Below are positions 1 to 8,154 of a stretch of 64,000 nt of DNA, piece by piece. Every line of letters begins with the position of its first letter. Position 1 is the stretch's first letter. The translations under genes and the position numbers were made by a program. The notes beneath the pieces were generated by a model that was not told where the DNA came from, ran no database searches, and worked only from the letters and a program-made list of their open reading frames with translations. The stretch spans positions 13,913-77,912 of the forward strand of contig JBGUOH010000005.1 of NCBI GenBank assembly GCA_045117995.1, in the 5' to 3' direction. Source of the DNA: Bacilli bacterium. GTDB taxonomy: Bacteria; Bacillota_I; Bacilli_A; RFN20; CAG-826.

Positions 1-105
1 ATAATAATAGCCTCCTAATTTTTATGTCCGTAGCAATATTACTAGTAATAATAAGTAGTGTCAAGCATTTTTGCTTTACAGTAATAACATTTATATAAAA
101 AAGGT

Positions 106-134
106 TTGCAAAAGCTCTTTCTAATTGTTATTAT
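106..134 (+). promoter_or_regulatory. Sigma-70-type promoter for rplS (TTGCAA-17-TATTAT)
   Basis: -35 TTGCAA 106-111, 17-nt spacer, -10 TATTAT 129-134. This leaves a ~90-nt leader with hairpins at 142-157 and 163-194. Confidence 0.45.
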
Positions 135-229
135 ACATAAGCATGTTTTATAACATGATACGGATGTTCCGCTGTCGAAATGAGAATGAACATCAAGAGA
201 ACGTTACTTGAAGGAGGTCAAAAACGATT

Positions 230-577
230 ATGAACAATAACTTAGTCAATGAGATCACCGCTAGTCAATTACGTAATGATTTACCAGAATTCACTTCTGG
301 TGACGAAGTCAAAGTGTCTGTCCGTATTGTTGAAGGCAACAAGACTCGTATCCAAAACTTCCAAGGCGTGGTAATTTCCCGTCGTGGTGGTGGTGTCTCC
401 GCCACATTTACAGTTCGTAAAATGTCCGGTGGCATCGGTGTGGAAAGAACTTTCCCTGTTAATTCTCCATCCGTCGCTTCTGTGCAAGTAGTGCGCAAAG
501 GTAAAGTGAGAAGAAACAAAATCACTTATATCCGTAAGTTGTCTGGCAAATCTGCTCGTATTAAAGAAATTCTCTAA
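230..577 (+). CDS. rplS: 50S ribosomal protein L19
   Basis: 115-aa ORF with GGAGG at 213-217. Sequence is typical of L19 ([17 protein letters not shown]). Confidence 0.95.
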   Translation: MNNNLVNEITASQLRNDLPEFTSGDEVKVSVRIVEGNKTRIQNFQGVVISRRGGGVSATFTVRKMSGGIGVERTFPVNSPSVASVQVVRKGKVRRNKITYIRKLSGKSARIKEIL

Positions 578-599
578 TACTAGTGGTCAGATAAAAAAT

Positions 600-621
600 G
601 GGCTTGGAAAAGCCCTTTTTT
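600..621 (+). terminator. Intrinsic terminator after rplS
   Basis: Stem GGGCTT/AAGCCC with GGAA loop, followed by a T6 tract. Confidence 0.8.
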
Positions 622-650
622 ATTGCCTTGTGCGCGCAAAACCTCATATA

Positions 651-1406
651 ATGAGAAAGATGAAAAGTAAGAAAATCTATAACATTCTTAAAGCCGTAGG
701 TGTCTTTGCCTTGCTTATTGGTGTCTGCGTCAGTGCAGCCCTATTTTTTCATACCTATTATTATGATTTAATTTATGTTTCCGGTGCTTCTATGTATCCA
801 ACCCTAAATGGCGACGAAGACGAATCACAAGGCTCAATCGTGGACTTCGGTATTGTTGATCCACATGAATCCGCTAAGAAGCATATTAAGAGATTTAGCA
901 TTGTTAGTACTTATTATCCAGACAGCACTGATTACGATTTAGTTAATAATAAATTAAAACCAAACGCTAAAAAGAAGATTAAACGTGTTGTGGCCCTTCC
1001 AGGTGAAACATTTAAAATTAAGGAAGATAAACTCTATGTCATGAAAGATGGACAGTTTGAACATATTCCTTATAGTTTTAAAATCGTGCAAAAGGATGGC
1101 GTTTATCCAAAGGATACCGCTACACCAATTACACTTAAGGACAACGAATACTGGGTATTAGGCGATAATCGCCCCGCCAGTAGGGATTGTGCTTCTTTAG
1201 GTACTCCAATTACCTATGAGAATATTTATGGTGTTTTAGTGGCTATTGAAGGCAAAGGAACACTTTACGTTAAAGAATATGTTTGCGATACTTGTGGTAA
1301 TGTTGAAAAGACTTCAAAAACTGGAGAATGCACAAAATGCTTCAACACAATGAGAGCGGTTTATGATGTTAAAGATAAACATTATCATTGGCCAACATTT
1401 TATTAG
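651..1406 (+). CDS. lepB: Signal peptidase I (P-type) with a C-terminal CxxC...CxxC extension
   Basis: N-terminal TM segment; motifs SGASMYPTL, KRVVALPGE and GDNRPASRD. ATG 651 is preferred over GTG 630, which abuts the terminator T-tract. The tail carries CDTC (1284-1295) and CTKC (1329-1340). Confidence 0.85.
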   Translation: MRKMKSKKIYNILKAVGVFALLIGVCVSAALFFHTYYYDLIYVSGASMYPTLNGDEDESQGSIVDFGIVDPHESAKKHIKRFSIVSTYYPDSTDYDLVNNKLKPNAKKKIKRVVALPGETFKIKEDKLYVMKDGQFEHIPYSFKIVQKDGVYPKDTATPITLKDNEYWVLGDNRPASRDCASLGTPITYENIYGVLVAIEGKGTLYVKEYVCDTCGNVEKTSKTGECTKCFNTMRAVYDVKDKHYHWPTFY

Positions 1407-1417
1407 AGGAGAGAAAG

Positions 1418-2269
1418 ATGGGACAACAAATTCACTGGTTTCCAGGACACATGAATAAGGCTTTGAATGAAGTCGAAAATAAGGTTAAACTCGTTGACGT
1501 TGTTATCGAGCTTTTAGACGCGAGAGCGCCTCTTTCTTCCATCAATGAAAATTTAGAAAAATTAATCCAAAATAAAAAGAAATTAATCGTCTTAACTAAG
1601 ATTGATTTAGCCGATCCAGCGGCCACAAAAGAATGGATTGAAGAGTTAAAGAAAAAGTATGATTCCATTCTTACATTAGACTTAAAAAATAATGGTGCGG
1701 AAGCCATTCTTTCTAAAGCCGTTATTAACTTAGGAAAAGATAAATGGGCTAAAGAAATGGCTAAGGGAATGAAACCTCAACCAATCAGAGCGATGATTAT
1801 TGGTATTCCTAATGTCGGTAAGTCTTCTCTTATCAACCGTATTGCCAAAAGGAAGGCAGCAGGTGTACAAAATAAGCCAGGATATACACGTGGAGAGCAA
1901 TGGATTAAAGTCAATAAAGACTTCTTGCTTTTAGATACTCCTGGAATCCTACCAATGAGCTATGAAAATCAGAAAAAAGCAGCACATCTCGCCTTAATTG
2001 GTTCTATCCGTGAAGAAATCTTACCAAATGAAACACTAGGCGAAATGCTTTTAGAATATTTACGAAATCAATACCCGTCCTCGCTAAATGAGCGATATGG
2101 TATCGAAAATGTCGGTGATAGAATTACTGTCTTAAACCAAATTGCCGAAAGACGCAAATTGGTGGACAGTGTTGGACAAAATGACTTACTCAGAGCGGAG
2201 GCACTTTTACTCAAAGAATTCAAAGATGGTCTCCTTGGAAAGATCACATTAGAAAAATATGGCGCTTGA
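1418..2269 (+). CDS. rbgA: Ribosome biogenesis GTPase A (YlqF/RbgA)
   Basis: Begins MGQQIHWFPGHM. Circularly permuted GTPase motifs (LTKIDL, GIPNVGKSS, DTPG). GGAGAG SD lies before ATG 1418. Confidence 0.9.
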   Translation: MGQQIHWFPGHMNKALNEVENKVKLVDVVIELLDARAPLSSINENLEKLIQNKKKLIVLTKIDLADPAATKEWIEELKKKYDSILTLDLKNNGAEAILSKAVINLGKDKWAKEMAKGMKPQPIRAMIIGIPNVGKSSLINRIAKRKAAGVQNKPGYTRGEQWIKVNKDFLLLDTPGILPMSYENQKKAAHLALIGSIREEILPNETLGEMLLEYLRNQYPSSLNERYGIENVGDRITVLNQIAERRKLVDSVGQNDLLRAEALLLKEFKDGLLGKITLEKYGA

Positions 2270-2882
2270 TTTAGATGAGCAATATTACGCTCAGGGATAT
2301 AAGCTTATCGTAGGCTGTGATGAAGCTGGGCGAGGATGTCTTCTCGGACCTGTTTTTGCCGCCGCTGTGATCTTGCCTCAAGGTCTTGTTTCGCCTCTCA
2401 TTAACGACTCAAAACAACTCACCGCTAAGAAGAGAGAAGAAGCCTATGATTTTATCGTTAATAATGCGATTGCATATGGTATCGCTTCTGTGAATGCAGA
2501 TGAGATAGATGAGGTTAATATTTATAACGCTTCTAGACTCGCCATGCAACGCGCAATCGAGAAGATGAATCATGACTTTGATTTAGTCTTAACGGACGCC
2601 ATGAAGATGCCAAATTATCCAAAGCCAGTGGTCGATGTTATACATGGTGATGCACTTTCTTTAAATATTGCCGCAGCGTCAATTTTAGCGAAAGTTTCAC
2701 GTGATCGCTTATGTTTAGAATTAGATAAACAATATCCGGAGTACAACATCAAGAAAAACAAAGGATATGGCACTAAAGACCACCTTGAAGCGCTCAAAAA
2801 GTATGGTCCAGTAAAACATCTACATCGCTTCACTTACGCTCCTGTAAAAGCCTGCTTTATTGAAAAAGTTTCATTATTTTAA
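2259..2882 (+). CDS. rnhB: Ribonuclease HII
   Basis: 207 aa with GCDEAGRGCLLGPV and DSKQL motifs. Overlaps the rbgA stop by 11 nt. Confidence 0.92.
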   Translation: MALDLDEQYYAQGYKLIVGCDEAGRGCLLGPVFAAAVILPQGLVSPLINDSKQLTAKKREEAYDFIVNNAIAYGIASVNADEIDEVNIYNASRLAMQRAIEKMNHDFDLVLTDAMKMPNYPKPVVDVIHGDALSLNIAAASILAKVSRDRLCLELDKQYPEYNIKKNKGYGTKDHLEALKKYGPVKHLHRFTYAPVKACFIEKVSLF

Positions 2883-2908
2883 AGAAATTTAGGAAAAATT
2901 TTGAATTC

Positions 2909-2940
2909 ACCTCCTACTTAATAAATAGGAGGGTTTTTTA
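2909..2940 (+). terminator. Intrinsic terminator after rnhB; its 3' arm contains the dprA SD
   Basis: Stem CCTCCTA/TAGGAGG (2910-2932), then TTTTTT, directly followed by ATG 2941. Confidence 0.7.
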
Positions 2941-3732
2941 ATGTTCGAACACGACTCAAGAGATTTACTAATCTATTTAGCGGTCAAATATAACGGTGAT
3001 AACATGAAGATTTTGACTGCGCTTCATTTACATGAAGATTTAAGAGTATCGCCTGAAGAAGTTAAAAGAGTGGTCTCATCTTTAAAATGTAAGACTTTAA
3101 CTCTACTAGACTATGACTATCCAGAAAAGCTCAAGCAAGCACACCGCCCACCGATCGTGCTTTTCTACTATGGCGATATTACTTTACTAAGTGACAAAAA
3201 CCAAAAATACGGTGTGGTGGGTTCTAGAGACTATACAAGGTATGGTGCTTTCGCGACGAGGAAAATTGTTAAAGAAATGGGCACAAAACCAATTTTAGTC
3301 TCAGGTTTAGCTAGAGGCATCGATACGATTGGTCATACCGCCGCTATTGAAAATGGGGCAAGGACCATTGCGGTTTTAGGATCTGGCATTGATAATTGCT
3401 ATCCGCCAGAAAACAAAGAATTATATGAAGAAATTAAAAAGAAACATTTATTAATAAGTGAATATCCAGGTATGGTGGAACCTGATGGATATCATTTCCC
3501 ATTACGCAATCGTATTGTTGTTGGTTTATCCGATGCTTTAGTGGTTCCACAAATTAGAAGCCATATGTCTGGCACGATGGTTTCTATTAATTTAATGCTC
3601 GCTTTGAATAGAGCAATATTTATCGTACCATCTCCAATTACAGAGGAATCAGTGAACAATCAAATCTTAATGGAAGGTGCTGAACTTGCGGAAAGCGGTG
3701 GGCAAATATTAGAAGAGATGAAGTGGGATTAA
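2941..3732 (+). CDS. dprA: DNA processing protein DprA (short form)
   Basis: 263 aa with Rossmann-like core motifs (VVGSRDYTRYG, SGLARGID, AVLGSGID, YPPEN). Confidence 0.85.
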   Translation: MFEHDSRDLLIYLAVKYNGDNMKILTALHLHEDLRVSPEEVKRVVSSLKCKTLTLLDYDYPEKLKQAHRPPIVLFYYGDITLLSDKNQKYGVVGSRDYTRYGAFATRKIVKEMGTKPILVSGLARGIDTIGHTAAIENGARTIAVLGSGIDNCYPPENKELYEEIKKKHLLISEYPGMVEPDGYHFPLRNRIVVGLSDALVVPQIRSHMSGTMVSINLMLALNRAIFIVPSPITEESVNNQILMEGAELAESGGQILEEMKWD

Positions 3733-3796
3733 AGTCCAAATTTTTTCTTAAATAAAGTTCTCTTTTATTTAATTAAGGAATAAAGGAAAATGTTCG

Positions 3797-3825
3797 TTGA
3801 CAAGCATAATAAAGAGGCTTATATT
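3797..3825 (+). promoter_or_regulatory. Promoter for topA (TTGACA-17-TATATT)
   Basis: Consensus -35 at 3797-3802, 17-nt spacer, -10 at 3820-3825. Confidence 0.55.
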
Positions 3826-3850
3826 TTTGAGACGGAAAACCAAAGAACCT

Positions 3851-5971
3851 ATGAAATTAGTTATTGTTGAATCACCAGCCAAATGCACAACCATCAAGCG
3901 TTATCTAGGTGACAACTATATCGTCATGGCGTCTCTTGGACATATTCGTGACTTAGCAACATCTGGTAAAGATGGTTTAGGTGTGGACGTCAAAAATGAC
4001 TTCCAACCAACATATATTGTCAATAAAGATAAACAACACATTATCCGCGAACTTAAAAACGCCATGGATAAGTGTGATGAAGTTATTCTTGCAACCGACC
4101 CTGATAGAGAAGGTGAAGCAATCGCGTGGCACTTAGCCCAAGTTTTAGGCTTGGATGTTGAAACCACTAAACGTTTGGAATTCCATGAAATTACTCGTGA
4201 TTCCATTGGTGAAGCGATGAAGAATCCAAGAACAATTAATAAGAGCCTTGTTTCTTCTCAAGAAACACGTCGTATTATTGACCGTATTATTGGCTTCAAA
4301 TTATCCACGCTTTTATTCAAAAAGATTCATTCCCGTTCTGCTGGTAGAGTGCAATCCGCAACATTAAAGATGATCGCGGACCACGATGATGAAATCGCTA
4401 AATTCGTGCCAGAAGAATATTGGACAATTACCACAAAGATCAATGCTTTTGGTAAAGAATTCAATGTCACCTTATTAAATGATAACGGTAAAGAAATCGA
4501 TTTAAAGAACGGTGAACAAGCACACGCTATCTTAGATAGAATTCCAGAAAAGCTCAATGTTTCTAAAGTTGAAAAGAAGATTAAAGTTAGTGATAGCAAA
4601 GAACCATTCATTACTTCCACCTTACAACAAGAAGCATTCTCTCGTTTAAAATTTAAAACCAAGAAAACCCAACTCGTTGCCCAACAATTATATGAAGGTA
4701 TCGAAGTTGATGGTGAACACGTTGGTTTAATTACTTATATGCGTACTGACAGCACACGTTTATCCCCAACATTCGTGGAACGTGCCACTGCCTACATTAC
4801 CGAAAGATTCGGCAAAGAGTACTTAGGTCACACCAGAAAGATTAGACAAGTGAGTATGATGCAAGACGCTCACGAAGCTATTCGTCCAACAAGTAACCAC
4901 CGTACTCCAGAATCTGTTAAAAAGTTCTTAACAAACGATCAATACAATCTTTATAAATTAATCTATAACCGCACAATTGCATCTTTGATGCAGTCCAAGA
5001 AAGATGAACAAATGAGCGTCTATCTTGAAGGTGATGGATTAACATTCAAATTAGACTTAACTCGTACCCTTTTCAAAGGCTATGAAGCCGTCTATAAAGA
5101 TACCGAAAAAGAAGAAAATCACTTTGATTCCTTCCCAGACTTCGCTGATGATGAACAATTCGAAGTGGTGCTCAAGGAAACTGAACAAAAATTCACTCAA
5201 CCTCCAGCCCATTATTCCGAAGCTAAAATCGTTAGACTCATGGAAGAAGTCGGTATCGGTCGTCCATCAACATATGCTTCCACAATCGATACGATTAGAA
5301 AAAGAAAATATGTCACCGATGAAAGTGGTATCTTAATTACCACAAAACAAGGTAACTTAACTTCTGTTGTCTTAAACAAATACTTCCCAGAAATCGTTGA
5401 TGCTAAGTACACAGCGTTAATGGAAAAGAAGTTAGATAACATTGAAGAAGGTAACCAATCCAGAAACAAGATTCTCAATGACTTCTACTATCAATTTATC
5501 GAATTATTCGATAAGGTTAGCAAAGTTATGTATAAAGAAAGCTTTGTTGAAACTGGTGAAATGTGCCCAGAATGTGGTGCTCCTCTAGTGATCAAAGAAG
5601 GTAAGAATGGCCAATTCGTTGGTTGTTCTAACTTCCCAAGCTGTAAATATGTTAAGAAACAAGAAAGTGACGCTCCAGCACCAACACCAATCGGTGAAAA
5701 GTGTCCTGAATGTGGTGGTGAATTATTGCTTAGAAACAAAAACGGTAATTCCTTCATCACTTGTAGCAATTTCCCAAAATGTCACTACACAAGAAAAGTG
5801 GCGTCCACAAATACTTCTCCAGTAGTGGAAGAAGAAAAACGTATCAAAGATTGTCCAGATTGCGATGGCTATTTGGTTAAGAAAAAAGGAAGATTCGGTT
5901 ACTTCCTTGGCTGTATCAATTATCCAAAGTGCAATCACATGGAAAAAATAATTAAAAAGAAACGGAATTAA
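3851..5971 (+). CDS. topA: DNA topoisomerase I with three C-terminal C4 zinc ribbons
   Basis: Starts MKLVIVESPAKC (Toprim domain); contains YMRTDS with the active-site Tyr; three CPECG/CPDC...C..C modules. The ORF-track start at 3797 overlaps the promoter. Confidence 0.95.
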   Translation: MKLVIVESPAKCTTIKRYLGDNYIVMASLGHIRDLATSGKDGLGVDVKNDFQPTYIVNKDKQHIIRELKNAMDKCDEVILATDPDREGEAIAWHLAQVLGLDVETTKRLEFHEITRDSIGEAMKNPRTINKSLVSSQETRRIIDRIIGFKLSTLLFKKIHSRSAGRVQSATLKMIADHDDEIAKFVPEEYWTITTKINAFGKEFNVTLLNDNGKEIDLKNGEQAHAILDRIPEKLNVSKVEKKIKVSDSKEPFITSTLQQEAFSRLKFKTKKTQLVAQQLYEGIEVDGEHVGLITYMRTDSTRLSPTFVERATAYITERFGKEYLGHTRKIRQVSMMQDAHEAIRPTSNHRTPESVKKFLTNDQYNLYKLIYNRTIASLMQSKKDEQMSVYLEGDGLTFKLDLTRTLFKGYEAVYKDTEKEENHFDSFPDFADDEQFEVVLKETEQKFTQPPAHYSEAKIVRLMEEVGIGRPSTYASTIDTIRKRKYVTDESGILITTKQGNLTSVVLNKYFPEIVDAKYTALMEKKLDNIEEGNQSRNKILNDFYYQFIELFDKVSKVMYKESFVETGEMCPECGAPLVIKEGKNGQFVGCSNFPSCKYVKKQESDAPAPTPIGEKCPECGGELLLRNKNGNSFITCSNFPKCHYTRKVASTNTSPVVEEEKRIKDCPDCDGYLVKKKGRFGYFLGCINYPKCNHMEKIIKKKRN

Positions 5972-5987
5972 TAAATCCGTTTTTTTC
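5961..5987 (+). terminator. Intrinsic terminator after topA
   Basis: Stem AACGGA/TCCGTT overlapping the stop codon, followed by a T-tract. Confidence 0.7.
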
Positions 5988-5994
5988 TTTTCTT

Positions 5995-6009
5995 TGCTAT
6001 CATTAATGT
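5995..6009 (+). promoter_or_regulatory. Extended -10 promoter placed for a leaderless xerC mRNA
   Basis: TGcTATCAT at 5995-6003, then 6 nt (taatgt), then ATG 6010. No SD. Confidence 0.45.
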
Positions 6010-6912
6010 ATGAATAAACCAGAACAAGAATTCTTGGATCATCTTCTTGTGGTGAGAAATTATTCTCCTCGCACAGTTAAAAGTTATCAGGAAGATATTG
6101 ATAAGTTTTGCGAATTTATTTATCACGAAGGCGTCATGATTGATGATGTTGATGTGATCTGTATTCGTAACTTTTTGACGGAAGAATTAAACCAAGGTAT
6201 TAGTAAGAGAAGCTGTAAGAGACGTCTATCATCTTTGAAGCATTTCTATAAGTATATGGTTAATGTAGGTTATATAAAAGATAATCCATTTGTTTTTGTT
6301 TCCGCCCCAAAAGTGGAAACCAGATATCCTCACGCTCTCTATAAAGAACAAATTGCGGAGCTTTTTAAGCGAAACGCTGAAAGAACTGATGAACTCGCTT
6401 TAAGAGATCAAGCCATTCTCTATTTGCTCTATTATTCTGGTATTCGAGCGGACGAATTAGTGAAGCTTGATGTGCAATCAATTGCGTTAAAGGACCGAGT
6501 AGTGCGTGTACTTGGTAAGGGAAACAAGGAAAGAATCATTCCGTTCACCGCTGATTGTCAAAAAGTTCTCAAAGCCTATATCGATAAGGAAAGAATCGTT
6601 TTGTTAAGAAAAGCTAGAGACATGACACCAGCTTTATTCTTAAACGCTCAAGGTGAAAGATTAACAACTCGTGGTCTAGAATACATTTTGGATGCTATCG
6701 AAGAGAAAATTGGTCTATTTGTAGGTTTACACCCACACATCCTCAGACACTCATTTGCGACACACCTACTAGAGAATGGAGCGGACCTTCGTGTCATCCA
6801 AGAACTCCTCGGACACGAGAGTATAAACGCGACCCAGGTATACACTCATGTCACCGAAGAAGCAATGAAAGAAACGTATATGTCTGCTCACCCAAGAGCG
6901 AAAAAGAAATAA
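6010..6912 (+). CDS. xerC: Tyrosine recombinase XerC/XerD family
   Basis: 300 aa with catalytic R (SGIRADEL), HxxR (HILRHSFATH), and H...Y (LGHESINATQVYTHV). Confidence 0.88.
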   Translation: MNKPEQEFLDHLLVVRNYSPRTVKSYQEDIDKFCEFIYHEGVMIDDVDVICIRNFLTEELNQGISKRSCKRRLSSLKHFYKYMVNVGYIKDNPFVFVSAPKVETRYPHALYKEQIAELFKRNAERTDELALRDQAILYLLYYSGIRADELVKLDVQSIALKDRVVRVLGKGNKERIIPFTADCQKVLKAYIDKERIVLLRKARDMTPALFLNAQGERLTTRGLEYILDAIEEKIGLFVGLHPHILRHSFATHLLENGADLRVIQELLGHESINATQVYTHVTEEAMKETYMSAHPRAKKK

Positions 6913-6943
6913 ATCTCACCCAATAATAAATATTATTTTCTAC

Positions 6944-6972
6944 TTGCATGCGCAAATGCGCTTTGGTAAGAT
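6944..6972 (+). promoter_or_regulatory. Promoter for rpsB-tsf (TTGCAT-17-TAAGAT)
   Basis: -35 at 6944-6949 and -10 at 6967-6972. It is followed by a ~115-nt structured leader. Confidence 0.45.
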
Positions 6973-7092
6973 ATTAAGCGCTGTGGAAACAGCAAATACA
7001 CACATTGTGGATTGAACCGCCAATGTGCTTGTTGAAAACAAGTGGCCGGGTTCTTAGAAGCAATGGAGGTACAAACAAAAGGAGGCCTAAAA

Positions 7093-8154
7093 ATGGCAGA
7101 AGAAAAGAAAGAAGTTCTCGAAGAAGCTAAAGTTGAAGCTGCTCCAGAACAAGCTGCCCCAACAATGGAAGCAGTTATGCATGATCCTGATGCACCAGTT
7201 ATCACAATGAGAAAATTACTCGAAGCTGGCGCTCACTTTGGTCATCAAACCCGTAGATGGAACCCAAAGATGAAAAAGTACATCTATGGTGCAAGAAATG
7301 GTGTCTACATCATTGACTTACAACAAACAGTCGACGCAATCACAGTTGCCTACGCTAAAATGAAAGAAATCGTCGATAACGGTGGCAAAGTCTTATTCGT
7401 CGGTACAAAGAAACAATGCCAAGAAGCTGTCCAACAAGAAGCTTTACGTTCTGGCAGTTTCTACATCACCAACCGTTGGTTAGGTGGTACATTAACAAAC
7501 TTCAAGACCATCCAATCCAGAATTAGATACTTGAAAGATCTCGAAAGAAGAGAAGAAGAAGGCGAACTCGACCTCTTAAGTAAAGTCGAAGCCGCTCAAC
7601 TCCGTAGAGAAAAAGAAAAATTATCCAAGAACTTAGATGGTATTAAGGAAATGAGAAAGATTCCTAACGCTATCTTCGTTATCGACCCACGCATTGAACA
7701 CAATGCTGTTGCCGAAGCTAGAAAATTAAACATCCCAGTGTTTGCTATCGTTGATACAAACAGTGATCCAGATGTTGTTGACTACGTCATTCCAGCTAAC
7801 GACGATGCAGTTCGTTCCTTCAGCTTAATCTTAGCCGTCATCGCTGACGCTATCGTTGAAAGCAAGAACGGTGTCCCAGTCGTGGCCTATACAAAAGATG
7901 AAGGCGAAGCCGTCACAATGAAAGAAGTCATTCGCCAAACAGAAAAAGAAAACGCTGAAAAATTAGCGAAGATCAGAGCTGAAAGACAAGCTCGTCAAGA
8001 AGCTTACGAAAAAGAACAAGCTGAAAGAGAAGCTCGTAGAGCCGCTGAAAAACAACAACGCAGAGCCGCTAAACCAAAAGCTCCAAAAGCCGAAGGTGAA
8101 GAAGCCGCTCCAGCCGCTGAAGAAGCTCCAAAAGCCGAAGGAGAAAACAAATAA
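7093..8154 (+). CDS. rpsB: 30S ribosomal protein S2 with N- and C-terminal extensions
   Basis: AGGAGG at 7081-7086 lies 6 nt before ATG 7093. The S2 core starts at [23 protein letters not shown]. About 35 acidic residues are added at the N-terminus and about 85 K/E/A-rich residues at the C-terminus. Confidence 0.93.
   Translation: MAEEKKEVLEEAKVEAAPEQAAPTMEAVMHDPDAPVITMRKLLEAGAHFGHQTRRWNPKMKKYIYGARNGVYIIDLQQTVDAITVAYAKMKEIVDNGGKVLFVGTKKQCQEAVQQEALRSGSFYITNRWLGGTLTNFKTIQSRIRYLKDLERREEEGELDLLSKVEAAQLRREKEKLSKNLDGIKEMRKIPNAIFVIDPRIEHNAVAEARKLNIPVFAIVDTNSDPDVVDYVIPANDDAVRSFSLILAVIADAIVESKNGVPVVAYTKDEGEAVTMKEVIRQTEKENAEKLAKIRAERQARQEAYEKEQAEREARRAAEKQQRRAAKPKAPKAEGEEAAPAAEEAPKAEGENK

Noticed and set aside
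1-20. CCTCCT at 11-16 (AGGAGG on the minus strand), suggesting a divergent gene starting at the left edge.
   Set aside because: The start codon would lie outside the window, so no feature can be supported.
651-1406. lepB being the SipW-type peptidase for the TasA-like tag.
   Set aside because: The motifs (SMYPTL, K in KRVVALPGE, GDNR) are those of the bacterial P-type Ser-Lys enzyme, not the ER/archaeal-type Ser-His SipW.
6010-6912. Tyrosine recombinase as the integrase of a mobile element.
   Set aside because: It sits in the conserved topA-xerC(codV) position. No att-like repeats, excisionase or phage genes flank it, so a chromosomal dimer-resolution Xer is more likely.
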